DNA of 64,000 nucleotides, taken from an uncultured bacterium (GTDB lineage: Bacteria; Oederibacteriota; JAAXVQ01; JAUVAV01). The translations under genes and the position numbers were made by a program. Within the stretch, counting starts at the first letter, position 1, and each line of letters begins with the position of its first letter. The DNA lies in NCBI GenBank assembly GCA_963710755.1, contig CAVQBK010000004.1, forward strand, positions 64,001 to 128,000, given 5' to 3'. Positions 29,492-39,790 of the stretch are shown in pieces. The notes beneath the pieces were generated by a model, which was not told the origin of the DNA, did not search any database, and saw only the letters and a program-made list of their open reading frames with translations.

Positions 29492-29708
29492 ATGTAATTA
29501 TTTCCTGCTCCCGATGGGATGTTGACGTTGGGTGCAGGCTTGTTTGTATCCTTCGTTTTTTTATCAATGACGCTTCAGGGCGGGATTTAACACCATAGAG
29601 CTCTTTCGACAAAGCGGGTCTTCCTGCAACAAGAAAAAATCATCTTACGCGAAGACGCCATGGCGCAAAGAAAGGTAAGTCAACATTAGGGGCTTAAAAT
29701 GATGAGCC

Positions 29709-30470
29709 CTAATTGGTTGGATCAGGAAAAAACAACTTGAAAAACCGGGTGATGCGGCGGGGGATCAAGGACCAGCTCTTGACAAATGCATGCCATAGGC
29801 ACAGGATGCCGTATTTTAAACTGCGGCAAAAGTTAATGGAGGAAGCCTCGTTGAAATATTTGGTGGGGCAGGAGACCTCGCCAATAGGGAGATCTTGTGC
29901 GATGGCGGCGATTAAAAACTGATTGTCAAAAATAAAATCATTGGAAAAATTTTCGAAAGGAATTTTTTCCAAAACTTCCCGCCGGTAGGCCCGATACCCG
30001 GTATGATATTCGGAGAGCTTGGCCCCCAGCAGAATATTTTCCATCCACGTCAAAATACGGTTGGCCACATACTTGTAGATAGGCATGCCGCCGCGCAGGG
30101 CACCACCGTTGAGAATGCGCGAACCCAATACAATGTCATAAACTTCATCAGCCAGCATGGAACACATGGAACGTAGCAATTTGGGGGTGTACTGGTAATC
30201 AGGATGAACCATGACAATAATATCAATGTCCTTTTTCAGCACTTCCCGGTAACAGGTTTTTTGATTGGCGCCATAACCCATGTTGGAATTGTGGATGTGG
30301 GTCTCGATGTTGAGGAACTTGGCCAGCTCCGCGGTTTTATCAATGCTGTGATCATCAACCAAAATAAATTCATCAACCACATCTTTGGGAATTTCATCAT
30401 AGGTGGTTTTTAAGGTTTTAGCAGCGTTATAAGCCGGCAGTACCACGGCGATACGTTTTCCACTGATCAT
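29709..30470 (-). CDS. Glycosyltransferase family 2 (DPM synthase-like)
   Basis: VLPAYNA, VDDHSID, GYGANQKT, HPDYQY, GSR, EYHTGYRAY. Confidence 0.92.
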   Translation of the reverse strand: MISGKRIAVVLPAYNAAKTLKTTYDEIPKDVVDEFILVDDHSIDKTAELAKFLNIETHIHNSNMGYGANQKTCYREVLKKDIDIIVMVHPDYQYTPKLLRSMCSMLADEVYDIVLGSRILNGGALRGGMPIYKYVANRILTWMENILLGAKLSEYHTGYRAYRREVLEKIPFENFSNDFIFDNQFLIAAIAQDLPIGEVSCPTKYFNEASSINFCRSLKYGILCLWHAFVKSWSLIPRRITRFFKLFFPDPTN

Positions 30471-30635
30471 ACGGAGCTCCTTGAGGGTGGGGTTGATGTT
30501 GAGCCGGAGGCCGCTGGCCTGGTAACTGCGCCGAGGTGCGGTCCGACTGTTAGGAGTTTCGTCGCAAGCAATGCGTTACCTTATTTTTTAGTGCGCAGGA
30601 TGTTCCGGTTAAGTGATGGACTAAGAACCCGAAAC

Positions 30636-30995
30636 TTATATATTCCGTTCCGCAATATCGCCGACAATGGGCAGTTTAAAGGCAATACCCTGGGAAGCTT
30701 TGACCATCATGAAGAGCCAGATGGCAAACATGCCAATAGAGATAAAAAAGTTCAGGATAAATCCCAGGACAGGAATGATTTTCAGGACCATCATCACAAT
30801 GAAGACCGCGCCAAAAACAATGGTGGACTGCAAGGCGTGAAAGCGGACAAAAGCATTGTTTTTTTCAATGATAAAAAAGATGATGCCGGTTACAAAGCCC
30901 AGCAAGTAGGAAAGTGCCGCCGCCACGGTGGGCTCCATACCTGACGTGGTGGTACCTAAATCAGGATCCTGTTGTTTGTGCGAACGCATGACCAT
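30636..30995 (-). CDS. DUF4870-like small membrane protein
   Basis: AALSYLLG, EKNNAFVRFHALQS, KASQG..FKLPIVG. Confidence 0.8.
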   Translation of the reverse strand: MVMRSHKQQDPDLGTTTSGMEPTVAAALSYLLGFVTGIIFFIIEKNNAFVRFHALQSTIVFGAVFIVMMVLKIIPVLGFILNFFISIGMFAIWLFMMVKASQGIAFKLPIVGDIAERNI

Positions 30996-31093
30996 GCGTG
31001 AAGCCCTCCCGGGAGAGATATGCAAAAGCTATGGCGTATTATAGGGGGGAAGAGGGGCTTTGTAAATAGGAAAGCAGGGGGGTGAGACATCTG

Positions 31094-31420
31094 TTATGGA
31101 CGTATACCATCCTGATTAATATTTCAATGAAGCGTCATGGCCTTGGCCAAGAATGAATTCCTAAAGGTTTTATTTTTAATGATTAGCCTTAAAATGATAT
31201 CATATTTTATTTCTATATTATATTTTAACTCTTCGATTTTTGCACGAAAGTAATTATCAATGACTATATCCACGACAAGCAATCAATCAAGATCCGGCCA
31301 TGGTTTGTTAATGACTTTGGTCTTGGAACCAAATAGAATAATCTCACCATCCTGATAATAAGATTGGACCAGAGATCGGAATTTTTCCTGTGTTTTTTTC
31401 AATGGGACTTAACTTTAATT
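31094..31420 (-). pseudogene. Degraded minimal nucleotidyltransferase (MNT) gene
   Basis: Manual translation: LKLSPIEK/(frameshift)EKFRSLVQSYYQDGEIILFGSKTKVINKPWPDLD*LLVV...KYNIEIKYDIILRLII...AMTLH*NINQDGIRP. In-frame TGA at 31283-31285 and 31124-31126; AT-rich. Confidence 0.7.
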
Positions 31421-31539
31421 ACTCAATTGATTTCACCATCTGCGCCCGCATATTAGCCATTGTGAAAATAACCGCTATTAGCTAAGATAACACCTTGGCA
31501 ATATCACAGGCCAGTGTTTTCACAGTTTACAGGACAGGC

Positions 31540-31568
31540 TTGCAGGTGTGAGATTGGGTTGGTATACT
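31540..31568 (+). promoter_or_regulatory. sigma70 promoter with extended -10
   Basis: TTGCAG-17 nt-TATACT, with TG one base upstream of the -10. Confidence 0.55.
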
Positions 31569-31617
31569 TAATAGATTATGACCTTTTTATACCCATTCTT
31601 TTTTCGGGAGTTAATTC

Positions 31618-33582
31618 ATGCCAAAAACCAAATGGTTAGGGTTGTTATTGCTGAGTTTTTTGTTGGTTTCTTATGTTTACGCCGACAGGGTTCAGGACAA
31701 ACGTAAACTCGGTCCGGTGACGTTTAGACAGGGTTACAGCCCTGATGCCATGGTATCTGATGAAGTGCTGGTGAAGTTTAAACCCGCCATAACCGCTAAA
31801 GAGCTGGGGCAATACAATGCCACTATGAAGGTGCAGGCGTCCTCCAAGCAACAGGCTATCAGTTCTTTTTACAAGGTGACCGGCGCATCCGTTAAAAAAC
31901 AGTATAAAAGCGGGTGGGAGACCCTAAAGATTCCGGCCGGGAAAAAACCGCTTGATGTCATCAAGCAATACAAGAATAATCCCCTGGTTGAGTATATTGA
32001 ACCCAATTATATTGTCCATGCCGCGGCGTTGTCCACGACCTATACGGCCAATGGCGCTTTTAATGATCCTTATTATACGGATGGCCACACCCAATGGTGG
32101 GTTAACCGTACCCAGACCGATCGGGCCAAACAGGCCAATCCCTCTATTTCAGGGACATCCGACATTGTGGTGGCCGTGGTGGACACTGGTGTGGATTTAA
32201 CTCACCCTGATTTGGCAGGCCGTTGGGTGACAGGGTACAATGTCATTACACCCTCGGCTCAACCTATGGATGATAATGAATATATTTATGACGAATATGG
32301 CTATCCTTCAGTTCATGTCAAAGGCCACGGCACCCATGTGGCAGGCATGATCGCAGCCATTGCCAACAACAGCCAAGGCATTGCCGGTGCAGCCTGGGCC
32401 AGCCATATTAAAATCATGCCGGTTAAAGTGCTTAGTTACACTGGCGGCGGCAGCATTGACGATCTGGCTGCTGGTATTGACTGGGCAGCAAACAGTATCG
32501 CGGCAATTATTAATCTTAGCGTGGAATTTCAAGCAACTTCCGAACCCAGCATTCTGACGGACGCCATCAACAATGCCGTGGCCAAAGGCTGCTTGGTGGT
32601 AGCCAGCGCAGGCAACCAAAATACTGATATCAGCAGTTCGCCCTATACTTATCCAGCCATATATAGCAATGTCTTTACCGTAGGGGGCACGACCAGTGAT
32701 GATTTCGTAGCCTGGTATTCAAATTTTAGCTTTACACCGGGGTTGCTGGATTGTACGGCGCCCGGCGGTCAGATGGATGATTTTAGTGTGAGTTTTCAAA
32801 GAGATGGCGGGGTTACCTCCACAGCCCGCGATGGCGGCTATTCGGCTGTGGCCGGCACCTCTTTTGCCGCGCCGCAGGCTGCGGGCCTGGCGGCCATGCT
32901 CAAATTGCAGCTTCCTTCCCGCACTTGGACGGATATAAAAACCATTATCACCAATACCTGTGATCTCTACCCAGGACTCAGTACTATTTATCAGGGTGCC
33001 GGCAGGATCAACGCTTATCGTGCCTTGGCAGCCTACGCGCCGCCCACGGACACGCCTACAATTACCCCAACTTTTACCAAAACACCCACCCGCACGCCGT
33101 CCTTCACCATAACCCCCACGGCCACCCGGTCGGTCACCTATACAGGAACACCGACTTATACCCCCACGTCAACAGTGACGCCCACGGCCACTGAGTCGGC
33201 CACTTATACAGTGACGCCAACCTCCACAATCACCTCCACCTTCACCGCTTCGCCCACCATTACCGTGACCTATACTGTTACCCCCACATCAACCCCGCAC
33301 ATTCTGCCGCGTGCCGAGTTAATCGCCTACCCCCAGCCGGCGCAAGGCCGGATCAATCTGGCCTTTAATAGTCAAGGCAGTTGCACGGTCAAGGTGACGT
33401 TGTATAATATGACCGGTGAACGGGTGCTGCAAATGACCGCACAACCGGCTTACAATAATGGCGTTTCCATGGTGACCATGAACACCCCCTCCCTGGCGAG
33501 CGGGGTCTATATCATTCGGGCCCGTATTGACGATGCCAAGGGCACCAGGACCATGAGCAAGAAAGTGGCGATCGCGCGGTAA
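31618..33582 (+). CDS. Secreted S8 peptidase with Thr/Pro linker and T9SS-like C-terminal domain
   Basis: Signal peptide; [19 protein letters not shown]; about 85-aa T/P linker; AYPQPA...TLYN..GE...LASGVY...KKVAIAR. Confidence 0.92.
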   Translation: MPKTKWLGLLLLSFLLVSYVYADRVQDKRKLGPVTFRQGYSPDAMVSDEVLVKFKPAITAKELGQYNATMKVQASSKQQAISSFYKVTGASVKKQYKSGWETLKIPAGKKPLDVIKQYKNNPLVEYIEPNYIVHAAALSTTYTANGAFNDPYYTDGHTQWWVNRTQTDRAKQANPSISGTSDIVVAVVDTGVDLTHPDLAGRWVTGYNVITPSAQPMDDNEYIYDEYGYPSVHVKGHGTHVAGMIAAIANNSQGIAGAAWASHIKIMPVKVLSYTGGGSIDDLAAGIDWAANSIAAIINLSVEFQATSEPSILTDAINNAVAKGCLVVASAGNQNTDISSSPYTYPAIYSNVFTVGGTTSDDFVAWYSNFSFTPGLLDCTAPGGQMDDFSVSFQRDGGVTSTARDGGYSAVAGTSFAAPQAAGLAAMLKLQLPSRTWTDIKTIITNTCDLYPGLSTIYQGAGRINAYRALAAYAPPTDTPTITPTFTKTPTRTPSFTITPTATRSVTYTGTPTYTPTSTVTPTATESATYTVTPTSTITSTFTASPTITVTYTVTPTSTPHILPRAELIAYPQPAQGRINLAFNSQGSCTVKVTLYNMTGERVLQMTAQPAYNNGVSMVTMNTPSLASGVYIIRARIDDAKGTRTMSKKVAIAR

Positions 33583-33728
33583 CCTATCTATGCGGGCTGG
33601 TCATAAACATCAAAGCAAAGTCATTGGTTATTCTTTTTTACGAGCTTGCCTTAGGCATGGCAGAGGGATAACCGATAAAAAATTATTCAAGTTCTAATCG
33701 CCAAAGCACCTTTTTCCCCGAGGACTAT

Positions 33729-34748
33729 ATGAAACCGAATTTGTCAAAACCAATTGTTCTCCTCAGCGGCATTATACTACTCCTGACGGCTATAACGCTG
33801 ATCAGCATGGGATTGTGGGTCGGTCCTGGTGGTCACCAGGACCGACAGGTTTTTATTCCGCCCAATACCACTACGGCCGCCATTAGCCGGTTGTTGAAAA
33901 AAGAACATGTTATCAACAGCAGTTGGCTTTTCCGCTTGGCCGCACGGCTCAGCGGCCAGGGCCGCTTGCTGAAAGTGGGCGAATACCAATTTGGGCCCCG
34001 CACCTCTATCGGTACCGCCCTTGAAAAAATCGCCCGTGGCGAGGTGATTCACTATGCTATTACCATTCCCGAAGGGTATACGGCTAGCCAGATTGGTGAA
34101 AAACTGGAAGCCATGAACATCGTAGAAAAAAACGCTTTTCTGGAGGCGGTCAACAATCCTGATCTGGCGGCACAAGTGGGCGTGCCTGCGGCAAGTATGG
34201 AAGGGTTTTTATTTCCCGACACCTATAATTTCCCCAAAGGCATGGCCCCGGCAGCCATCGTCCGGCGCATGGTGGCTAATTTTTTCCAGAAAACCAAACC
34301 CATTTTGGAAAAAAAGGGACCACTCGATAACCAGGCGCTGGTCCGGCTGGTGACCATGGCCTCCATTATTGAAAGAGAAGTAAAAGTGGACAAAGAAAGA
34401 CCCGTGGTGGCTTCCGTTTTCTATAACCGCCTGGCCAAAGGCCAACGCCTGGAATCATGCGCTACTGTGCTTTACAGTCAGGGCCGTATTGGCGGCACCC
34501 TCTCTACTGAGGATTTGTTTTTTAAATCGCCTTACAATACCTATCGTCATCGCGGGCTGCCGCCCGGGCCAATCAGCAACCCCGGGCTGCCATCTCTGGA
34601 AGCCGCCGCCTTTCCGGCCAAGACGGATTATTTATTTTTTGTAGTAGGCCGTGGTGGGGAACATGTGTTCTCCAAGGATTTTGAAGCCCACAAGCTGGCT
34701 AAATGGCGGCTTAAACACCACCAACATCATCAGAAAACGACGCCGTAA
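33729..34748 (+). CDS. mltG: Endolytic transglycosylase MltG
   Basis: ITIPEG, EGFLFPDTY, ASIIERE, VFYNRL, SPYNTY..GLPPGPISNPG. Confidence 0.96.
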   Translation: MKPNLSKPIVLLSGIILLLTAITLISMGLWVGPGGHQDRQVFIPPNTTTAAISRLLKKEHVINSSWLFRLAARLSGQGRLLKVGEYQFGPRTSIGTALEKIARGEVIHYAITIPEGYTASQIGEKLEAMNIVEKNAFLEAVNNPDLAAQVGVPAASMEGFLFPDTYNFPKGMAPAAIVRRMVANFFQKTKPILEKKGPLDNQALVRLVTMASIIEREVKVDKERPVVASVFYNRLAKGQRLESCATVLYSQGRIGGTLSTEDLFFKSPYNTYRHRGLPPGPISNPGLPSLEAAAFPAKTDYLFFVVGRGGEHVFSKDFEAHKLAKWRLKHHQHHQKTTP

Positions 34749-34750
34749 CC

Positions 34751-36679
34751 ATGGTGAGCGGTCCCAAACGACTGGATAAGTGGATAGCCTACAGCAGCCT
34801 GGCCTTGGCCCTGATGCTGGTGCTTTATCTGGCCGCACAGCGCATGCTCGTTTACGAACAGCAGCTGCGGCAAGTGGAGATCGCTTTTCCTGAATCCGCG
34901 CTGATCCAAGCCACCTTGAAAGACCCTCAGGCTCCGGCTGAATTGCAGGGCGCCGGGGTGACAACCTTGGTGCGTAAACCGTATACCCTTAAAAGCCTCA
35001 TCGACTTTCATCTGGCCAGGGCCTGGCTGGTATCCCCGCGTGTTCTGAAAGTGGAACTGGCGGACCATGAGCTCAGCGGTAAAGCCATCTTGTTTCTCAC
35101 CGGTCAATTGGGTATGAACGCCGTATCCATGAAAATAAAAGACGATGGCTATCAATTGGAGATCGACCTGCCTGGTCCTGTCAAAGACCTTGATCCCACC
35201 CGTTATATCATGGCCGTCTCTTCCGGGCCTATGCCAGCTGGTTTCCGCCGGGCTCTTTATTTGCCTGCCGGAGATTGGGGCAGGACCAATAATCTGGACC
35301 AGTTTACGCAGGCCATTTACTCCTTAAAACCAGATCTGGTGATCCCTGATTGGAAGGGTGGCGCCAATGCCGGCGCCTTTTACCGGTCCTATCTGCATAC
35401 GCCTTGGCTGCGTAAACCACTCATGGCCCTGCCTGAATTCGGTCTGCCCTGGCAAGGGAAGTGGGCGCTGCGCAATCAACACAGCCACTATCTGGTCAGG
35501 GCCCACCTGTTGCAGGCTGACGATATGGAGGGTTTGTCACCGGCGGCTTTTCGGCAACGGCTGCTGCGCGCGGTCAATGAACGCAATGTTAACTTGGTGG
35601 TGGTCGATCAGCCGGCTTCCTGGTCTTTTAACCGCATGCTGGCCGCGCTCAGAACATTCAAAGCATCCCTGCAGGCCCAAGGGATTAGAATTGGTGCAGC
35701 TACGCGGCCCAGAATGGTGCGCATTGGCCAGGTGGCCGTGGCCATCATTTACCTGGGTATAAGCGCTTTGCTCTTTCTGGTGATCTGGCAGGTGGCGCTG
35801 TGGATGGCCGGGGTGACCAGCCGGCAGAGCTCTGCAGACAACACCTTGGTGATCAGATTAAAGCCGGCTAACTTTCGCTGGAGTGCGCTTTTCTTTCTGA
35901 TGGCTCTGCTGATTCTGCAATGGCAGGGAGAAGGCAACTGGGCGGCCAAAATGGGGGCTTTGAGCTTGGCTATCCTGGCACCGTTCTTCAGCCTGACCGC
36001 ACTGGACCAAGACAAGCCTGACGTCCGGTCTTCCCGGGCCGTGTGGATCACCCCCCTAAAAACCTTTTTCAAAATCACCGGCATTAATCTGTTGGCCGGG
36101 TTGACCATTGCGGTGTTGCTTTACCAGCCGGCTTTTACGCTGCGCATCGATACATTTTTTGGGGTCAAAGCGGCCCTGGCCTTGCCCTTATTTCTGGGAA
36201 CCATTTATCTGTTGCCGTCGCTCACGGACGGAACGTGGTGGAAAAAACGGTGGAGCCGCGGCCATTGGCCCGGGACGGCACTAACCCTGCTTTTTCTGGC
36301 AGCACTTCTGAGCTATGCTTTGCTGCGCAGCGGCAATCAACATTGGATGCCTGTATCTACTTGGGAATATTGGCTGCGCGATCATCTCGAAGCATGGCTG
36401 CCCGCACGGCCAAGGTTTAAAGAGCTGCTGATCGGCCATCCTTTGCTCCTCCTCGGACTGGTTGGTTACTATCGGTTAAATCATCGGCAGGCCGTATGGC
36501 CCAAGGTTTGTATAGCTTTAGGCATGATCGGCCAGGTTTCTTTGATCAATACCTTTTGTCATATTCATACCCCGCTGCTAATCAGTTTGTGGCGCACGGT
36601 GCTGGGCGTAGTGCTGGGGTTAGCGCTGGGGAACTTGATGATGGTCTCCATGCTTTTGCTCAGGCCCAGGAGAGGTTGA
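34751..36679 (+). CDS. DUF5693-family multi-TM membrane protein
   Basis: RAVNERN, FFGVK, RSGN, RPRFKELLIGHP, INTFCHIHTP; coupled to csaB. Confidence 0.75.
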   Translation: MVSGPKRLDKWIAYSSLALALMLVLYLAAQRMLVYEQQLRQVEIAFPESALIQATLKDPQAPAELQGAGVTTLVRKPYTLKSLIDFHLARAWLVSPRVLKVELADHELSGKAILFLTGQLGMNAVSMKIKDDGYQLEIDLPGPVKDLDPTRYIMAVSSGPMPAGFRRALYLPAGDWGRTNNLDQFTQAIYSLKPDLVIPDWKGGANAGAFYRSYLHTPWLRKPLMALPEFGLPWQGKWALRNQHSHYLVRAHLLQADDMEGLSPAAFRQRLLRAVNERNVNLVVVDQPASWSFNRMLAALRTFKASLQAQGIRIGAATRPRMVRIGQVAVAIIYLGISALLFLVIWQVALWMAGVTSRQSSADNTLVIRLKPANFRWSALFFLMALLILQWQGEGNWAAKMGALSLAILAPFFSLTALDQDKPDVRSSRAVWITPLKTFFKITGINLLAGLTIAVLLYQPAFTLRIDTFFGVKAALALPLFLGTIYLLPSLTDGTWWKKRWSRGHWPGTALTLLFLAALLSYALLRSGNQHWMPVSTWEYWLRDHLEAWLPARPRFKELLIGHPLLLLGLVGYYRLNHRQAVWPKVCIALGMIGQVSLINTFCHIHTPLLISLWRTVLGVVLGLALGNLMMVSMLLLRPRRG

Positions 36680-37702
36680 ATGCGGCTGCTCCTCTGCGGC
36701 TATTATGGCTTCGGCAATCTGGGAGATGAATGGCTCCTGGAAACCATGGTTCATTATGGCCGGACCCAAGGTCATCAGCTGACGGTGCTGTCCCATCGTC
36801 CAGGGCAAACCAGCGCGGCTTACGGCGTGCCGGCCATATCCCGCTGGAATCCTTTGCGATTTTTAACGCAACTCCGGAAAAATGATTTGTTGCTCTTCGG
36901 AGGCGGTGGTCTGATTCAGGACCGCAGCAGTGCGCGCAGTGTCTTTTATTATCTGGCCCAGATCATGGCTGCCAAAATGATAGGCAAAAAAGTGATTATG
37001 CTGGGCCAGGGGCTCGGTCCCCTGCAAGGCGCAAGTGCCAGATTGTTCTGTGAATTGATTCTGCCGCTGGTGGATCTGATCGTAACCCGCGATGCTGTTT
37101 CCACCCAATGGTGTTTTGACCTTGGTCTGGAGCAAGAGCGCGTTGTCGAGGCTGCCGATCTGGTGTGGCTAAAATCCTTTCCCATTAACCGGGAAGACCG
37201 GAAAAAAAACTGGGTGCTGTGCTTGCGTTCCACCGCGCCTATAGCCGGTGAATATTTGAGCAAGTTGCACGCCTTGGCGATTAAGCATGATCGTGTGCTG
37301 GTGGCCATACCCTTTGGGGATCATGGAGATGAGGCCTGGCTGGAAAGGCTGAAGCAAAGGGGAGCGCTGCAAGGCTGCCGCCTGGCCAGGCAAGAGGATT
37401 ATCCCCATGTTTTCAGCCAGGCGGAAATGGTGATTAGTATGCGTTATCATGCCTTGCTGTTAGGTGCTCAGACCAGCGCCCTTTTGCTGGGTATGGGTGA
37501 TGATCCCAAGGTGCAAAGCCTGATGCACGACTTAGGTCAACTCACGGCGACTTGGGAAAACTTGCCGGAAAAAGCGGTACGGTTACTCTCCGAACGAAAC
37601 CGCTATCAAGAAATTCTGCAGCAACGCCGTCTCGCTCTCATTAAAAAGGCCGGGAAAAATATTTTAAGTCTGCAAACCTTTCTGCTCACCCATCCTGCTT
37701 GA
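36680..37702 (+). CDS. csaB: Polysaccharide pyruvyl transferase CsaB
   Basis: GYYGFGNLGDE, GGGGLIQD.SS.RS..YY, QGLGPL, RD, MRYHA, DPKV. Confidence 0.9.
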   Translation: MRLLLCGYYGFGNLGDEWLLETMVHYGRTQGHQLTVLSHRPGQTSAAYGVPAISRWNPLRFLTQLRKNDLLLFGGGGLIQDRSSARSVFYYLAQIMAAKMIGKKVIMLGQGLGPLQGASARLFCELILPLVDLIVTRDAVSTQWCFDLGLEQERVVEAADLVWLKSFPINREDRKKNWVLCLRSTAPIAGEYLSKLHALAIKHDRVLVAIPFGDHGDEAWLERLKQRGALQGCRLARQEDYPHVFSQAEMVISMRYHALLLGAQTSALLLGMGDDPKVQSLMHDLGQLTATWENLPEKAVRLLSERNRYQEILQQRRLALIKKAGKNILSLQTFLLTHPA

Positions 37703-37729
37703 GGTTCATCTGCTGTTGCTATCCCGCGT

Positions 37730-38848
37730 TTAAGCGTCATAAGCCTCTTTTTTTACAGGAGGCCGGTAGACAGGAAAGTCGGTATAGCCCTTGGCCTCGG
37801 GAGAATAAAAGGTTTCCCGGTTAAAGGCGGTGTTAAGCGGCCAGTCATGCTGCAGGCGTGCCGGCAAATCAGGATTGTTGATAAACAGCCGGCCGAAGGC
37901 AATCAAATCGGCAAACCCACTTTTCAGATCCCGTTCGGCCCGCGCCTTGTCATATCCTCCGGAAAGAATCAGCGGTTGATGAAAACGGTCGCGTATAAGC
38001 TGCTTGATGGTGATCGGTACAGTGGGCGCACCCATGGTGCTGTGATCCACCAGATGAAGATAAAGAAGATTGAGACGGTTGAGTTCCTCGGCCAGGTAAG
38101 CATAGGTCTCATCCAGATCCGGATAAGGCCCCATGCTGTTGGAAACACCATAGGGGGACAGCCGCATAGCGGTTTTTTCCGCACCAATGCGGCCGGCAAC
38201 TGCTTCGGCCACTTCCAGCACAAAACGGCAGCGTTTTTGGAAATGGCCGCCATAGGCGTCGCTGCGATGATTGCTTAAAGGTGATAGAAATTGCTCCAAC
38301 AAATAGCCATTAGCACCATGTAATTCCACCCCATCAAAGCCCGCTTCCAGGGCACGGACGGAGGCTGTCACATAGGCTTGCTTGGTATGGTTTATATCCT
38401 CGGCGGTCATAGCCCGGGGCAGCGGAAAGGGCTGCGCCCCCATACGGTCAGTCCGGATGGTGCCGGTGGGACTGATGGCGGAAGGGCCCAAAATGACGGC
38501 GCCAATGGGCATATTAGCCGGATGACTGACGCGGCCTGTATGCATGAGTTGTACTATGATTTTGCCGTCTTGTTGGTGCACAGCCTCGGTTACTTTGCGC
38601 CAACCATCGATTTGATCCTGGCGAAATAAACCGGGAATACGGGGATAACCCAGGCCATTGGCGTCAGGGGCCGTACCTTCGGTGATCATTAAACCGGCTG
38701 ACGCCCGCTGCGCGTAATAAGTCGCCATCAGGTCATTGGGCACATTGCCCAGGGCCCGCGAACGGGTCATGGGGGCCATCACGATGCGGTTTTTTAATGT
38801 CAAGCTGTCATTAAGCCGGCGGGGTTGAAATAAAATACTCTCCTCCAT
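37730..38848 (-). CDS. Old yellow enzyme family alkene reductase (NemA-like)
   Basis: MAPMTRSRA, YYAQRAS, ITEGT, ELHGANGYL, FGRLFINNPDL, GYTDFP. Confidence 0.93.
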   Translation of the reverse strand: MEESILFQPRRLNDSLTLKNRIVMAPMTRSRALGNVPNDLMATYYAQRASAGLMITEGTAPDANGLGYPRIPGLFRQDQIDGWRKVTEAVHQQDGKIIVQLMHTGRVSHPANMPIGAVILGPSAISPTGTIRTDRMGAQPFPLPRAMTAEDINHTKQAYVTASVRALEAGFDGVELHGANGYLLEQFLSPLSNHRSDAYGGHFQKRCRFVLEVAEAVAGRIGAEKTAMRLSPYGVSNSMGPYPDLDETYAYLAEELNRLNLLYLHLVDHSTMGAPTVPITIKQLIRDRFHQPLILSGGYDKARAERDLKSGFADLIAFGRLFINNPDLPARLQHDWPLNTAFNRETFYSPEAKGYTDFPVYRPPVKKEAYDA

Positions 38849-38937
38849 AATTTATCTCCTTCCTACGTTTGTTTATAATTAAATTAGACACCTTTTTTAA
38901 ATTGATTGAATATCCACAGGCTTTAGGTATCTGTACC

Positions 38938-38966
38938 TTGACTCCGCTCCCAGCCGGGCCTATAAT
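38938..38966 (+). promoter_or_regulatory. sigma70 promoter of the ftsEX operon
   Basis: TTGACT-17 nt-TATAAT. Confidence 0.75.
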
Positions 38967-39112
38967 CGTTGAACAGCAATAGCGAGTGAGGTGATCAACG
39001 CACCCAGGCGCAGGCCGGATGATCACCCTATTTCCATTTTTCTAATTTCCACCATCCATTGTCTTGTTTCTAATGCTTGGGCCTTGATGGCCTGGTCTAA
39101 AGAGGAGCAGTA

Positions 39113-39790
39113 GTGATTGAATTTCATCATGTGTTTATGACCTACGAACACGAATACCGGGCCCTGCGGGATATCAGTTTGTCCATTGCGCAAGGGGAGT
39201 TTGTATTGGTCACCGGTCCTTCCGGGGCGGGCAAAAGCACGTTGATCAAATTGATCAATCGGACCATCATGCCTGTCAAAGGCCAGGTAATTGTTTTTGA
39301 GCAAAATGTGGAAAAATTAAAACAGCACCAATTGCCTTTTTTTCGCAGGAAAATAGGGGTGGTCTTTCAGGATTTTAAACTCCTTTATGACCGCACGGTT
39401 TTTGAAAACGTGGCTTTGGCCCTGCATATCACCGGCACGGGCGGACGCACGCTGACCAGGGAAGTGCATCATGCTCTGGACCGGGTGGGGCTGCTCAAGA
39501 AAAAGGTGGTCAAGCCCTGGCATCTTTCCGGCGGGGAGATGCAGCGCGTGGTTTTGGCCCGGGCCATTGTTCATGATCCGCCCCTGCTGTTAGCCGATGA
39601 ACCCACCGGCAATCTTGATTTTGCCACCGGCTGGGACATGATGCAGCTCTTCCGGGAAATCAATGACGGAGGCACCACCGTCATTTGCACCACCCACAAT
39701 CTCAATTTCATCCAAAAAATGAAAAAAAGGACCGTGTTTTTGGATCAGGGTATCTTGCGCGGTGAGAGGAAATCCGGCCATGACCATTAA
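39113..39790 (+). CDS. ftsE: Cell division ATP-binding protein FtsE
   Basis: GPSGAGKST, VVFQDFKLL, LSGGE, LLADEPTGNLD; followed by ftsX. Confidence 0.94.
   Translation: MIEFHHVFMTYEHEYRALRDISLSIAQGEFVLVTGPSGAGKSTLIKLINRTIMPVKGQVIVFEQNVEKLKQHQLPFFRRKIGVVFQDFKLLYDRTVFENVALALHITGTGGRTLTREVHHALDRVGLLKKKVVKPWHLSGGEMQRVVLARAIVHDPPLLLADEPTGNLDFATGWDMMQLFREINDGGTTVICTTHNLNFIQKMKKRTVFLDQGILRGERKSGHDH

Noticed and set aside
30495-30556. attC-like sequence (GTTGAGCCGG...GCGGTCCGACTGTTAGG) upstream of the GT2 gene
   Set aside because: No matching RYYYAAC at the right distance, poor arm pairing, and no integrase or cassette array.
33039-33297. Repetitive ACN-CCN DNA here and at about 15757-15940 as a possible CRISPR or VNTR
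   Set aside because: These are coding Thr/Pro linkers with no identical repeat-spacer structure.
38910-38918. DnaA-box-like ATATCCACA
   Set aside because: A single imperfect copy, with no cluster or origin context.
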